A DNA stretch of 62,756 bases, filler included, from Pirum gemmata (lineage: Eukaryota), in assembly GCA_002812295.1 (NCBI GenBank). It is 25 parts of 25 records of this genome, joined end to end, with 100 filler letters (N's around TTAATTAATTAA, not from the genome) between each part and the next. Parts side by side here need not be neighbours in the genome. Positions count along the whole stretch, not along the records: positions 34,089 to 36,262 come from PDIN01007464.1; positions 36,363 to 38,612 come from PDIN01007465.1; positions 38,713 to 40,913 come from PDIN01007466.1; positions 41,014 to 43,246 come from PDIN01007467.1; positions 43,347 to 45,591 come from PDIN01007468.1; positions 45,692 to 47,880 come from PDIN01007469.1; positions 47,981 to 50,984 come from PDIN01007470.1; 18 more parts are not named here. One strand, given 5' to 3'. The position numbers and the translations under genes were made by a program. Position 1 is the first letter of the stretch; each line of letters begins with the position of its first letter. Positions 35,530-48,289 of this stretch are shown here, in pieces. The notes under the pieces are model-generated. The model was given only the letters and a program-made list of their open reading frames with translations. It did no database searches and was not told the origin of the DNA.

Positions 35530-36395
35530 TTTTGGGAATCTAGGGAATGAATGAGATCGCTTAGGGATATTTTTTTATTATTTATTATTAATATTTATTA
35601 TTATTATTTATTATTATAATTTATTATTTTCATTCTTGAAATAGGAAAATAGCACACTGTTCTTTTTTAATTTTAAAATCTACCTTTAATAAAGTGTAAA
35701 TAATAATAGTGTACCAGTGTGCCAATTTTTTTCAACAATAGTTTATGAATAATAAGATAGTATATAGTACAATATTATCGTATATCGTATCTGTTAACGT
35801 TTCTGTAGAAGGTTTGGTCAACTTTGGTGTGATTAAAAAGTGTCAAAACATCATCTGGAACGGGCCTTGAGTTTTTTCCTTTCGACATTTTTTTGATTGC
35901 GACTATAATGGAATCGTGGAAAGTTACATTTCTTATCAAAAGTTGTAATTTCAAACAAAAAACCTCATTACCGGGTATAATCAAGTTGTAATCATCTAGC
36001 AGAAATTTTTATTTTCTAAACATACATTTTGGAAAAAAAACTCCAAAATTTAGAAAATTTATAATAATATTTTTTTAAAAAAACACTTGCACTTGCGAAG
36101 TATTTGCAAGTATTTGCGATCATTATCATACTAATACTAATACTAATACTTATGCACTAACACTAATACTAACACTAACACTAATACTAATACTAATAGT
36201 ATTAGTATAAGTATTAGTATTAGTATTTCATTTTCATTATTATTATTATTATTATTATTATTNNNNNNNNNNNNNNNNNNNNNNNNNNNNNNNNNNNNNN
36301 NNNNNNTTAATTAATTAANNNNNNNNNNNNNNNNNNNNNNNNNNNNNNNNNNNNNNNNNNNNAATAATTCAATATTAAGCAATTTTATGATAATA

Positions 36396-38612
36396 ACCCT
36401 AATTCTAACCCTAACTCTAACCCTAACCCTAACCCTAATCCTAATCCTAATCCTAATCATAACCCTAACCCTAACCCTAACCCTAACCCTAACCCTAACC
36501 CTAACCCTAACCCTAACCCTAAATAATAATAACTAACGGATTATATAGAATTGGTATTTCTTCTAAAGAAATCTTCACACAGCCCAAAAATTCATCGTTC
36601 TCCGTATCCGTACAATTATAAACAGAAAACTTTAACGTTTTTACATCCTCTTTGATTGCAAAAGTAAAAGGCTCATTCCAAATAGGATATTTTCCATCTA
36701 TAGTAATAATAATTCCATGTTAAGTAATTTTATGATGATAACCCTAACCCTAACCCTAACCCTTAACCCTAACCCTAACCCTAACCCCTAACCACTAACC
36801 CCCTAACCCTAACCCCCTAACCCTAACCCTAACCCTAACACTAAACCTAACACTAACACTAACACTAACACTAACACTAAACCTAACACTAACCCCTAAC
36901 CCCTAACCCTAACCCCTAACCCAAAATTAATCGTCCTCCGTATCGGTACAATTATAAACAGAAAACTTTAACGTTTCTACATCCTCTTTGATTGTATTTA
37001 TAGTAATAATAATTCAATATTAAGCAATTTTATGATAATAACCCTAATTCTAACCCTAACTCTAACCCCTAACCCCTAACCCTAACCCCTAGCCCTAACC
37101 CCTAGCCCTAAATATAACCCTAACCCTAACCCCTAACCTCTAACCCCTAGCCCTAAATATAACCCTAACCCTAACCCTAACCCCTAACCCCTAACTCTAA
37201 AACTAACCTATAACCCATAATCCATAACCCCTAACCCTAACCCTGACTCCAATGTTATAATGACCCCCTAACTCTAACCCTAATTCTAATTCTAATCCTA
37301 ACGCTAATCCTAATCCTAACCCTAAACTCTAATCCTCTTAATTCCTACCTCTTAATCCTAACTCCTCCCCTCCTCCCTCCTAATCCTACTCCTACTCCTA
37401 ATCCTAACCATAATCTTAACCCTAATCTTAACCCTAATCCGAATCCTACCCTTACCCTTACTCTTCAATCTGTAGTAATAATAATTCCATATTAAGTAAT
37501 TTTATGGTAATAATAATAATTACATATTAACTCGTTCTTATGATTACCCTACCTCTAACCCTGACCCTAACCCTGCCTCTAATGCTGTGATGACAATTCT
37601 AACCCTAACCCTAACCCTAACCCTAACCTTAACCTTAACCCTAATCCCAAACCCTAACCCTCCTAACTCCTACCTCCTAATCCTAACCCCAATCCTAACT
37701 CAACCCTAACCTTAACCTTAACCTTAACCTTAACCTTAACCTTAACCTTAACCTTAACCTTAACCTTAACCTTAACTTTAACCATAGCCTCGACTCCTAC
37801 CCCTAACCCTTAACATTTTCACATCCCCATTCCAAACAGGAGTTTTTCCTTTTATTTTAAAATATTAAGCGATTTCATGGTGATGATCCTAACCTTAACG
37901 CTAACCTTTAACATTAACACCTAACCCTAACCTTAACCCTAACCTTAACCTTAACCTTAACCTTGACATTGACCTTGACCTTAACCTTAACCTTAACCCT
38001 AACCTTAACCCTAACCATAACCCTAACCCTAACCCTAACCCTAACCCTAACCCTAACCCTAACCCTAACCCTAANNNNNNNNNNNNNNNNNNNNNNNNNN
38101 NNNNNNNNNNNNNNNNNNNNNNNNNNNNNNNNNNNNNNNNNNNNNNNNNNNNNNNNNNNNNNNNNNNNNNNNNNNNNNNNNNNNNNNNNNNNNNNNNNNN
38201 NNNNNNNNNNNNNNNNNNNNNNCTAACCCTAACCCTAACCCTAACCCTAACCCTAACCCTAACCCTAACCCTAACCCTAACCCTAACCTTAACCCTAACC
38301 CTAACCTTAACGTTAGCCTTAGCCTTAACCTAAACCTTAATTTTAACCTTAACCTTAAACTTAACCTTAACCTAAACCTTAATTTTAACCTTAACCTTAA
38401 ACTTAACCTTAACCTTAACCTTAACCTTAACCTTAACCCTAATCCAAACCTTGTAAAGTTGAAGTTATTCTGATATCATTATTGGTTTCTAACCCTGACC
38501 CTAACCTTAACCTTAACATTAACCCTAACCCTAGCCCTAGCCCGAACCCTAACCTTAACCCTAACCCTAACCTTAACCTTAACCTTAACCTTAACCTTAA
38601 CCTTAGCCTTAA
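36396..38612. repeat. Large degenerate telomeric-type array (CCCTAA, CCTTAA, CACTAA, CCCCTAA variants) interleaved with unique spacers
   Basis: The array fills most of the contig and flanks the C2 exon on both sides. Confidence 0.95.
36538..36697 (-). CDS. C2-domain exon
   Basis: TATAG| ... |GTTAGT, 160 nt, encoding GKYPIWNEPFTFAIKEDVKTLKFSVYNCTDTENDEFLGCVKISLEEIPILYNP (C2 motifs P.WNE.F.F and DEFLG). Confidence 0.85.
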
Positions 38613-38782
38613 NNNNNNNNNNNNNNNNNNNNNNNNNNNNNNNNNNNNNNNNNNNNTTAATTAATTAANNNNNNNNNNNNNNNNNNNNNNNNNNNNNNNN
38701 NNNNNNNNNNNNAACCCTAACCCTAACCCTAACCCTAACCCTTTATCACTTATCCCCCCCCCCAACCTTTTTACCTCCTCAG

Positions 38783-39238
38783 GTTGGCCTTCTTCTGTAC
38801 TAGACGATGACTTGGCAATACCAAATAGTGATGGCTCTGGCATTGATTGTTTGCTTTGCGCTAAATTCATATCTAGCACTGAATTGTTCAAAGGTACCGT
38901 TTGGAAAGAGCATGTCGACTCAGATTTACATTGGGAAAACCGAAAGAGATTAGTGCGTGGCGATGAGCCTATCACTAATCTGAAAACATTTGGGTTTTAT
39001 GATAATAGTTATATCATTAAAAATAAGCGTTGTAAGATTGATAATGAAGATGAATTGGATAATAAAAGTGATATAAGCGAGGAAGAAGAAGAAGAAGAAG
39101 AAGAAGAAGAAGAAGGGGATGATAATGATGAACAACAACAACAACAACAACAGTCACCACCACCACCACAACAACAACAACAACTACAACAACTACTACA
39201 ACAACAACAGCAGCAACAGCAGCAGCAGCAGCAGCAGC

Positions 39239-39276
<38 letters not shown>

Positions 39277-39976
39277 AAACAACAACAACAACAACAATAC
39301 AAAAACGATAAAGAAGAAGCAGACGATAAATTAATTCAGGAAAATTTCAAAATGTTTGAATTAGAATTTAAAGATAGAACCAATAAAGAATTCAAACAAC
39401 TTTGGAAAGTAAACTATCAAGCCCAATTTTCTCGAGAAAAAGCAGCACGTGCAGCAGAACGAGCTACGGCTTCAGCTTTGCGAAAACAAAAACTACAAGA
39501 AAAAAGCCTAAGAATGCAAAAACGATTAACTACCAAAACCAATAATATTTTTTCAAAATTCATGAAATATAATATGAATCCTAACCGTAAACAACGTAAA
39601 CAATTAGCAAATGAAACTGGAACAACTAGTAGTTTAGTTAAGCATTGGTTTATTAAGAAAAGAGAATTAAGAGATAGAATATGTGAGAAGTATTATACAG
39701 AACATTACCAATACCCTAATGTAACTCTAACAGAAATAGAGAGAAAAGAAGTAATTGGGTTATTGTTAAATCAACAAGTTGTTATTTGCAGAAAACTATT
39801 AAACGAATGGTTTGTAAACAGAAAACCTTCTAATATTTTGCAACAATGGGTGGCTGATAACAATAACTTGTACCCTTCTGGACAAAAAATAGAAATGTTA
39901 ATGGAATTAACTGGTTATGATCATCAGCAAGTCTACAGCTGGTTTACTCATCAAAGAAATAAATACGTGCGTAAAG
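38783..39976 (+). CDS. Internal exon: matrin/U1-type C2H2 finger, poly-E/poly-Q, three homeodomain-like repeats
   Basis: CCTCAG| acceptor and G|GTAACC donor (phase 1-1). It encodes CLLC...EHVDSDLH and the helix-3 motifs VKHWFIKKR, LNEWFVNRK and VYSWFTHQR. The third repeat has TALE-like LQQW...LYPS...TG...QV..WF. Confidence 0.8.
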
Positions 39977-40500
39977 GTAACCTAACTCTGACCCTAACTC
40001 TGACCCTAACCCCAACCCTAACTCTGACCCTAACCCTAACTCTAACTCTGACCCTAACCCTAACTCTAACTCTGACCCTAAACCTAACCCTAATTCTGGC
40101 CCTAACCCTAACTCTGACCCTAAACCCTACGCTAACTCTGACCCTAAACCCTACGCTAACTCTGATCCTAAACCCTAATTCTGAACCTAAACCCTAACTC
40201 TGAACCTAAAACCCTAACCCTAACCCCGACCTTAACCCTAACCCTAACTCTGTCCCTAACCCTAACTCTGTCCCTAACCCTAACTCTGTCCCTAACCCTA
40301 ACTGTGACCCTAACCCTTACCCTAACTCTGACCCTGACCCTAAACCTAACTGTGATTCTAACCCTAACTCTAACTCTGATCCTAACCTTAATCATAACTG
40401 CCACCCTAACCCTAACTCTAAATCTGACCCTAACCCTAACTCTGACTCTGACTCTAACCCCGACCCTAACTCTGACTCTAACCCTTAACCCTTAACCCTT
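39977..40500. repeat. Intronic telomere-variant array (CCCTAA/CTCTGA/CCCTGA)
   Basis: It starts immediately after the GT donor and is the source of the LT-repeat tail in the ORF track. Confidence 0.9.
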
Positions 40501-40558
40501 AACTCCTATTTAACTCCTTCTAACGCCTAACTCAACTCCTAACACCTGTCCCCCGCCT

Positions 40559-40619
<61 letters not shown>

Positions 40620-41016
40620 TAATAATAATAAAAATAACAATAACAATAACAATAACAATAACAATAACAATACTGATACCAATACCAATACCAATACCAG
40701 TAACAATAACAATAAAACTAACAATAAAAATAAAAATAAAAATAACAACAACAATAACAACAACAATATAACAATAACAATAACAATAACAATAACAATA
40801 ACAATAATAATAATAATAACAATGATATTAATAATAACAATTACAATAACAATAAAAACAATAATGAAAAAATAATAACAATAACAATAGCAATAGCAAT
40901 AACAATAACAATANNNNNNNNNNNNNNNNNNNNNNNNNNNNNNNNNNNNNNNNNNNNTTAATTAATTAANNNNNNNNNNNNNNNNNNNNNNNNNNNNNNN
41001 NNNNNNNNNNNNNTAC

Positions 41017-42556
41017 CTTCATAATCGATTAAAGTACCCCCTTTAACATCAGCCATAGTTTTATTAGTTACTTCCATTATATATTCTTAATAATAAATAA
41101 ATTAAATAAATTAAATAAATAAAATAAATGAATAAATTAAATTAAATAAATTAAATAAATTAAATTAAATAAATTAAATTAAATTAAATTAAATTAAATA
41201 TTAAAATGAATTGAATAAATAAAATAAATAAAATAAATGAATAAATTAAATTAAATAAATTAAACAAATTAAATAAATTAAATTAAATTAAATTAAATTA
41301 TAAATTAAATTAAATTAAATTAAATAAATTAAATAAATTAATATAATAGTAGTAAAAGTAATAGTAATAGTAGTAATAGTAATAATAGTAATAGTAAAAG
41401 TAATACTAATAGTAATACTAGTAATACTAGTAATAGTAATAGTAGAAGTAGTAATAATAATAATAGTAGTAGTAGTAGTAATAGTATAAAACCAACATAC
41501 CAGAGCCAGAAGTATCCATGTAATTCAATATCTCCAAATCAACAGTAGCTCCAAGATTATCAATATTGGACATAAACATATATTCTTTTCCTTTGGCAAT
41601 AAGTTGATCCAAGTACCCAGAATTTTTCAAAGCTGTATAAACATCACCATGACCAGGAGGGTACCACTGTGCATTGTCTTCCTCGTATTGTTTAGCCAAA
41701 GGCAAAAGGGTTTCCTTATCAATACGCGGATAACGAGATTGATTAAAGGTCAAAATATGTACGCGAGAAGCAGCATATTTACGAATTATTCTATCAGTTT
41801 CATCGTGAGTATTAAAGGAATTCATCAGTATTAAAGGTACTTCGCAATTATAAGTTTCGTTCAACCATTCTATTTGTCTGACAGTTAAATCTAAAAAAGT
41901 CATATCATCTCTCACTTCAATCGCAGATTTAGGACCAGTGCAACCCATAGTTGTACCCAATCCACCATTAAGCTTAACTACTACTAATTTATCAAGCAAA
42001 TCAGCAGCTTTTTCTTTTGGCATTTGTTCTAATTGTTTGTGTAATAAAACCATGTCAGCGGGTGGTGGATGGATTTTTTCCCAATCGATTTTGTAATCGC
42101 GTTGACCTAGAAAACGAGAGTACAAGTCTTCATAGCCTTTTAATTCTACTCGGGCGCTCTAAGAAATAAAAAATAAAATAAAATACATAGATCCAAAAAG
42201 GAAATGAAAATAAAATTAAAATAAAGTAAAATAAAAAAATCGAATATATTTAATAAAAGAAAAAGGGGCACATGCATGCGCACACACACATATATATAGA
42301 CGCACACATATATACACCCACAAACACACATATAAAAGCACACACACACACACATACACACAAGCACGCATACACACACATTACACCGACACAGACATAT
42401 ACATTTCAGACACATAGCACAGACACACATACAATACAAACAACACATGCAACACATACAATATATATATATATATATAACACATTACGCACGCACGCAC
42501 GCACACATTATACACCTCTCTCTCTCTCTCTTTCTTTCTTTTTTTCTTTTTTTCTT

Positions 42557-42587
<31 letters not shown>

Positions 42588-42947
42588 TTCTCTTTCTCTT
42601 TCTCTTTCTCTTTCTCTTTCTCTTTCTCTTTCTCTTTCTCTTTCTCTTTNNNNNNNNNNNNNNNNNNNNNNNNNNNNNNNNNNNNNNNNNNNNNNTCTCT
42701 TTCTCTTTCTCTTTCTCTTTCTCTTTCTCTTTCTCTTTCTCTTTCTCTTTCTCTTTCTCTTTCTCTTTCTCTTTCTCTTTCTCTTTCTCTCAAACATAAA
42801 AACATAATAAGTTTAAATAAAAAATACATCTGGACAATTTGCAGTTTCAACTATTTTCTCGTTAGCTTGGCGCAAAGAATCAATAGCTGTATTTCTGGTC
42901 ATAGCTTTAAAGTCAGCCAAACTATTATTACGATCAACAGTCTTCAT
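41017..42947 (-). CDS. UGP1: UTP-glucose-1-phosphate uridylyltransferase (UDP-glucose pyrophosphorylase), first three exons
   Basis: Exons 42947-42828 (ATG), 42158-41501 and 41085-41017 splice in phase. Motifs: KLNGGLGTTMGCTGPKS, LMNSFNT, FNQSRYPR, WYPPGHGD, SNIDNLGA, MEVTNKTMADVKGGTLI. Confidence 0.97.
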
Positions 42948-43031
42948 GATGACAAATTTTGTTGGTTAATCCTATTCATACATAAAATACAATGAACAAT
43001 TAATAATAAATAATAATAACCATAATTAGTA

Positions 43032-43069
<38 letters not shown>

Positions 43070-43160
43070 CAACAACACCATCATCATAATTATCATCATC
43101 ATCATCATAATCATCATATTCAAATCATAATCATAATCATAATCATAATAATCATAAAAG

Positions 43161-43202
<42 letters not shown>

Positions 43203-43631
43203 CCATCACCATCATCTTCATCATCATCATCATCATCATCATCATCNNNNNNNNNNNNNNNNNNNNNNNNNNNNNNNNNNNNNNNNNNNNTTAATTAATT
43301 AANNNNNNNNNNNNNNNNNNNNNNNNNNNNNNNNNNNNNNNNNNNNTATTATTATTATTATTATTATTAATAAAATATTATTATTACTATTATTATTGTT
43401 ATTATTATTAGCATCTTTATTTTATTAATATTATTACATGATAACAAGTTAAAAAAAAATATGACAAGGCTGACACTACCGTAAGTCTGACAAGTGTTAT
43501 CTTCAGCAAAGTGACCACAGAAAGAAACCTTAGCTCATCAACTATTACTCATCCAAATTCTAAACCTTTTAAAATTAATTAAATAGTAGCTATTAATTAA
43601 TAGTAGTTAAAAAAATATGGTGAGTTAAAAG

Positions 43632-43865
43632 AGTAGGGGTGAGATATCTACTGGAACTTTTTTCGAACAGATGCTTATCGCCACCTTACTTCCGTGTTCC
43701 TTACTAATAATAGCAGTGAAATAGCTTAATTAAAATAGCAAATCTAATTATAGTAGTTACCAATTAAAGTAGTAATATTAACATTAATAGTAATAAAACC
43801 ATAAAAATCGGAAAAGTTCTGGCAGCTGCTCGGTAATAATAAAATGACGTCATCTCACCCCTACT
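43632..43865 (+). mobile_element. MITE family E, 14-bp perfect TIR, apparent 8-bp TSD (hAT-like)
   Basis: GTTAAAAG|AGTAGGGGTGAGAT ... ATCTCACCCCTACT|GTTAAAAG. Copies or fragments at 11357-11586, 45692-45705 and ~60300-60397. The exact boundary is uncertain because the 11357 copy has a similar flank. Confidence 0.8.
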
Positions 43866-44054
43866 GTTAAAAGCTAGATTGAGTTAAAAGTACTATATAA
43901 TCCAAACCTTTATGGGAGCATATTTTCTCCACTTTATTTCCAAATGCGCATGTCATTTATTAATTAACAATTTGTTAATTTATTTTCAAACTGCTGGCCT
44001 TGGTATGAGGCCAGGTCTTTTATGGTCTTTAGAATGGCCTCGAACACCCGTTTT

Positions 44055-44258
44055 TTACCACAAGCACTGATCTAGTACTGCTTGTTGCTGAGTGTATTTT
44101 AAATTTCTAGTCTTTTTCTGAAAATTTGTAGTTTTAATTTTTTCTTTCTTTTTGAATTCTTTCAAAAAACATGTATTGCATATTTTAGTGTGGTGGTCAA
44201 ACATTAAAGTTTTTTCAGAGCAACGGTCACAAAATTTCGTTTCATTATCATTGTTTTC

Positions 44259-44318
<60 letters not shown>

Positions 44319-44348
44319 GGTATTATTAGTATTATTGTTATTATGCAT
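44055..44348 (-). CDS. Possible small CxxC...CxxC zinc-ribbon ORF with poly-N
   Basis: FCDRCSEKTLMFDHHTKICNTCF. There is an upstream in-frame stop and no clear splice sites, so it may be decayed. Confidence 0.3.
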
Positions 44349-45283
44349 GTTTTTTGTGTCAACATGTAGTTTATGTTTTTCCCTTTCATAAATGGGGAAA
44401 TATTTTTATGAAATACTATGCATTACAACGAAATAAAATTTTCCATTGTGTTATTTAATTGTTTTGTTTTGTTTTGTTTTTTTCTTTTTTTGATACTTTT
44501 TGTTTTTGTTTTTGTTTCTTTCGCCAAACGAAAAGTTTTTTTCTCTTAATCAAACTTCTACGTAATCAACTCTTAACACACACATATATATATTAGTATA
44601 AACACTGGCCAGATTATGGAGTTCCTAGTAATCCCTCTGTTTTCATCAGCTTTTACAAATACTTTAAAACTTTTCAGTTGAACGCTTTAAAAGGAACCAC
44701 TTTAGTCCATTGTAGGTTAGTATATATTTATAAAATGAAAAACAAAACCAGCATGTAGTATTAGCAAAATACACACACACTTAGCTTTACTGGGTAAAAA
44801 CAATTGATCGATTAAGTAGAAATAGGAATATATATATTAGCTTATGAACAGTCATACATACTTACAATGACATTATACTAGGATACTTAAACTTATAAAT
44901 TATCACTGATCACTATAATAATCACTAGTTCATACACTATTGTTACTTTGGTGGTGGTGGTGGTGGTGGTGGTTATAACATTATCACTGCCCGTTATCAT
45001 ATCATCACTATCTCTGGATGTCATGACTAGCATTGTTTTTATCTTCAATGTCGTTATTAACTGTATCAATGACAAAAATGATAATTTATGATGGTACGAT
45101 TACTAATAGATGGTGATGGTGGTAATAGTCAAAGTAAAGCTAGTAAGATATTATCAATGGTAATGATAATGAAATTTAAGATTACGAAAAAGTTTATCAT
45201 GATGATGATGATGTTGTTGTTGTTGCTATTGTTGTTGTTGTTGTTGCCGTTGCTGTTGTTGCTGTTGCTGTTGTTACTCTTTC

Positions 45284-45370
<87 letters not shown>

Positions 45371-46291
45371 GGCTGTTGTTGTTACTAACAACTACCATTA
45401 CCATTTTCATCACTTCACTATCATTATTATTATCATATCGTGATCGGCAATTTATTCTTATTGATAGCATTATTATTATGACAAACACTACTTAGTGTTA
45501 ATACAAGGAGGGGTGTCAGATTACAAATATCACTCTTTCTTGCTTATGAATATTATGTCATTTTTATTATTAATATCATCTTTATATATATNNNNNNNNN
45601 NNNNNNNNNNNNNNNNNNNNNNNNNNNNNNNNNNNTTAATTAATTAANNNNNNNNNNNNNNNNNNNNNNNNNNNNNNNNNNNNNNNNNNNNATCTCACCC
45701 CTACTTATAATACTATAATAATTGCAACATAATTATAATCATATTTCTATCGTAAATATCAGGAGCTTATGGAGTCATAACAGTAAATTGGCAATAATAT
45801 TGTAGATACCATGTTATATATAGAGATGATGGTATAAAGTAAACGGTATTATAATAATATATTATTATTACAGCATATAAATATATTTTCAACAACAAGG
45901 TATTAATTAAACAGAAATTAAACCAAATTATCAACTTATATATAGAATATTAAAATCAAACAAATCAAAAATTTAAATATAACAAATTAGTGGTCAAAAT
46001 TTTAATCATATAAATAATCTGTAAGCTGCCCAAGCTATATTATTACGCTACGTTTATCGTGTTACTTAATTAGACCTTTCACATCACCACCACCACCACC
46101 ACCACCACCACCACCACCACAAGATTCAGCCTTATTAATGCACTGGTTGAAGGGGTCACAGAACTGGTTATAGTACCTTGCCTCTTCACACTTATCACTA
46201 TTGTAATATTTTTGCCGGGTCTTGGTGCTGTTATCGATAGAATTTTTATTGATAGTGTCTGATCGATAATCTATGTACTATCATAACAATT

Positions 46292-46546
46292 ATGGATAAT
46301 GTATTTATACTTTTTCAAGGTGAAACTCATGGTTTTGATAATATTGATGATAATACAGAAATAGAGATTACTGAAATTATAGATGACAAGCAAGTAGTTG
46401 TAGGTTTTGGTTACTCAAGTTCATGTTGGAAGAAAAGTTCTTGAAACTCTTATAAAGCTAAAACGATTGATAAAGGTTTAATTTGGTTAAATAGTACTGA
46501 TATCGATATTTCTGCTTCTCAACTAATTGAAGAATATCATGCATAA
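46292..46546 (+). pseudogene. Degenerate chromodomain-like remnant (possibly chromoviral integrase C-terminus)
   Basis: IEITEIIDDK...*NSYKAK....LIWLNSTDIDISASQLIEEYHA* with one internal TGA. It lies between ~120-bp diverged direct repeats (~45948-46072, ~46588-46703). Confidence 0.4.
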
Positions 46547-46776
46547 TTTATTATGGTAAAAGACAAGCTTCTTCTTCTACTATTACTTATTAAAATAAAA
46601 ACAAATCAAAAATTCAAATATAAGCAAATTAGAGATCAAATCATAATCTGTAAGCGGGCCAAACTTTTAAATTACGCTACGTTTATCGTGTTTTAATTAA
46701 TTATCATATTGAGCACTTTTATTGACAGTGTCTAATCGATAGGCTTTGATGAGTCTTTATATAACTTGAACTTCTA

Positions 46777-46961
46777 TCGTGCTTTTCAGTTGTTTTGTCA
46801 TCATAAAATATACAATAAAGAGTATAAAATTAATACACTATAAATCCATTTCATTTAATTTGGTGTATTTTATTATCCAATTATTCATTTAACAATGTCA
46901 ATTAAAAAATTATAACCAACCAAATAAATATTCGGAGTGGCAAAATAAATGAAAAGTGCTA
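46777..46961 (-). mobile_element. MITE family A, TA target (Tc1/mariner, Stowaway-like), 185 bp
   Basis: TA|TCGTGCTTTTCAGTTGTTTTGTCA ... TGGCAAAATAAATGAAAAGTGCTA|TA. This is the most abundant family, also at ~9875, 10050, 10725, 22780, 23079, 23362, 29630, 32064 and 51654. Confidence 0.85.
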
Positions 46962-47099
46962 TATTATTCTCCATCTTATTCTGATGAGGAAATCAGTGTA
47001 AAAGCAGTTTCGATTGATATTTATAACAATACAAGGATGGATTGACCTCAGGATTGACCTTGATTTTTTAGTTTTTTTTTTTGGTTTGCTTTATTATAT

Positions 47100-47480
47100 T
47101 AGTTAGGGCGCTTATTAGAGTTAGGGTTAGGGTTATTTAACGAGCTAGGTTTAGGCTTAGGTTTATTAGGCGTCAAAATTAGGGTTAGGTGCTAGGGTTA
47201 GGGTTAGGGTTAGGGGGTGTTAGGGTTTTAAGGTTAGGATTAGGGAGTGTTAGGGTTAAGCGTTAGGGTCAGGACCAGGGTTAGGTGTTAGGGTTAGGTG
47301 TTAGGGTTGGGGAGTGCTAGTTAGGGTTGGATGTTAGGGTTAGGGTTAGGGTTAGGGTTAGGGTTAGGGTTAGGGGGTGCTAGGGTTAGGTGTTAGGGTT
47401 AGGGTTAGGCGTTAGGCGTTAGGCGTTAGGCGTTAAGTGTTAGTGCTAGCTGGTTTGGGCTAGGATTCGGGTTAGGGTAT
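47100..47480. repeat. Degenerate (TTAGGG)n array with TTAGGCG/TTAGGTG variants
   Basis: Visible directly, ~140 bp from a family A MITE. Confidence 0.9.
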
Positions 47481-48162
47481 GATAGTAGCGTGGAGCTCCT
47501 ATGGTATCATGACATTGTGCATAATTATTTAAACATATACAACCCTAATCTAATCATATAATTATGTATACTGATTATTTATACACACCACAATATTATA
47601 TAATATATTATTATATACTACTAGAAACTAAATTTATGACCGAGGACTACCGAGCACAATACCATATCACTTTAATAATTTCAATTACAGACGAGAGAAT
47701 TACCATAAATAAACAACACTCTTCAACCAAACCCACTGCACCCCTCCCTCCCCTCTCTCCCCTCCCTTCCCATCAACTTAAGCTTCATATAGTAAGCAAT
47801 TAGCATTATTATTATTATTATCATTATTATTATTTGATTATTATTTAATTGTTAATTATTAATTATTATTATTATTACTANNNNNNNNNNNNNNNNNNNN
47901 NNNNNNNNNNNNNNNNNNNNNNNNTTAATTAATTAANNNNNNNNNNNNNNNNNNNNNNNNNNNNNNNNNNNNNNNNNNNNTAATAATAATAATAATAACA
48001 ATAATAACTATGATAATTGTCATCCAAGTAACAGTAAAAGCTAAAATAGCTATAGCAATATAAAATGATCATTATTATAATAACAACATAATAATGATAA
48101 TGATGGCAAGGTTTTTTTTTTGATATTCTTTTATTGATAGTAATGTCTTTTTTCACATTTAG

Positions 48163-48264
48163 GCAACTAGCGGTAAATTTACTCCATTACAGCAGTACTA
48201 CTATTTTGACAGTCTGGAATGTTTACCACCCAAAGCCAAATTAACTGAAGTTGATTGTGCGCCT
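48163..48264 (+). CDS. UBA1: Ubiquitin-activating enzyme E1 internal exon
   Basis: TTTAG| ... |GTTAGT, 34 codons: ATSGKFTPLQQYYYFDSLECLPPKAKLTEVDCAP, matching the E1 motif A.SGKF.P..Q..YFD.LE.LP. Confidence 0.9.
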
Positions 48265-48289
48265 GTTAGTACATTTTTCTGTTTTGCTT

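Noticed and set aside
35775..35984. AIKKMSKGKNSRPVPD as a LINE reverse-transcriptase remnant
   Set aside because: It is only a loose match to K.PGPDG and no downstream RT motifs follow.
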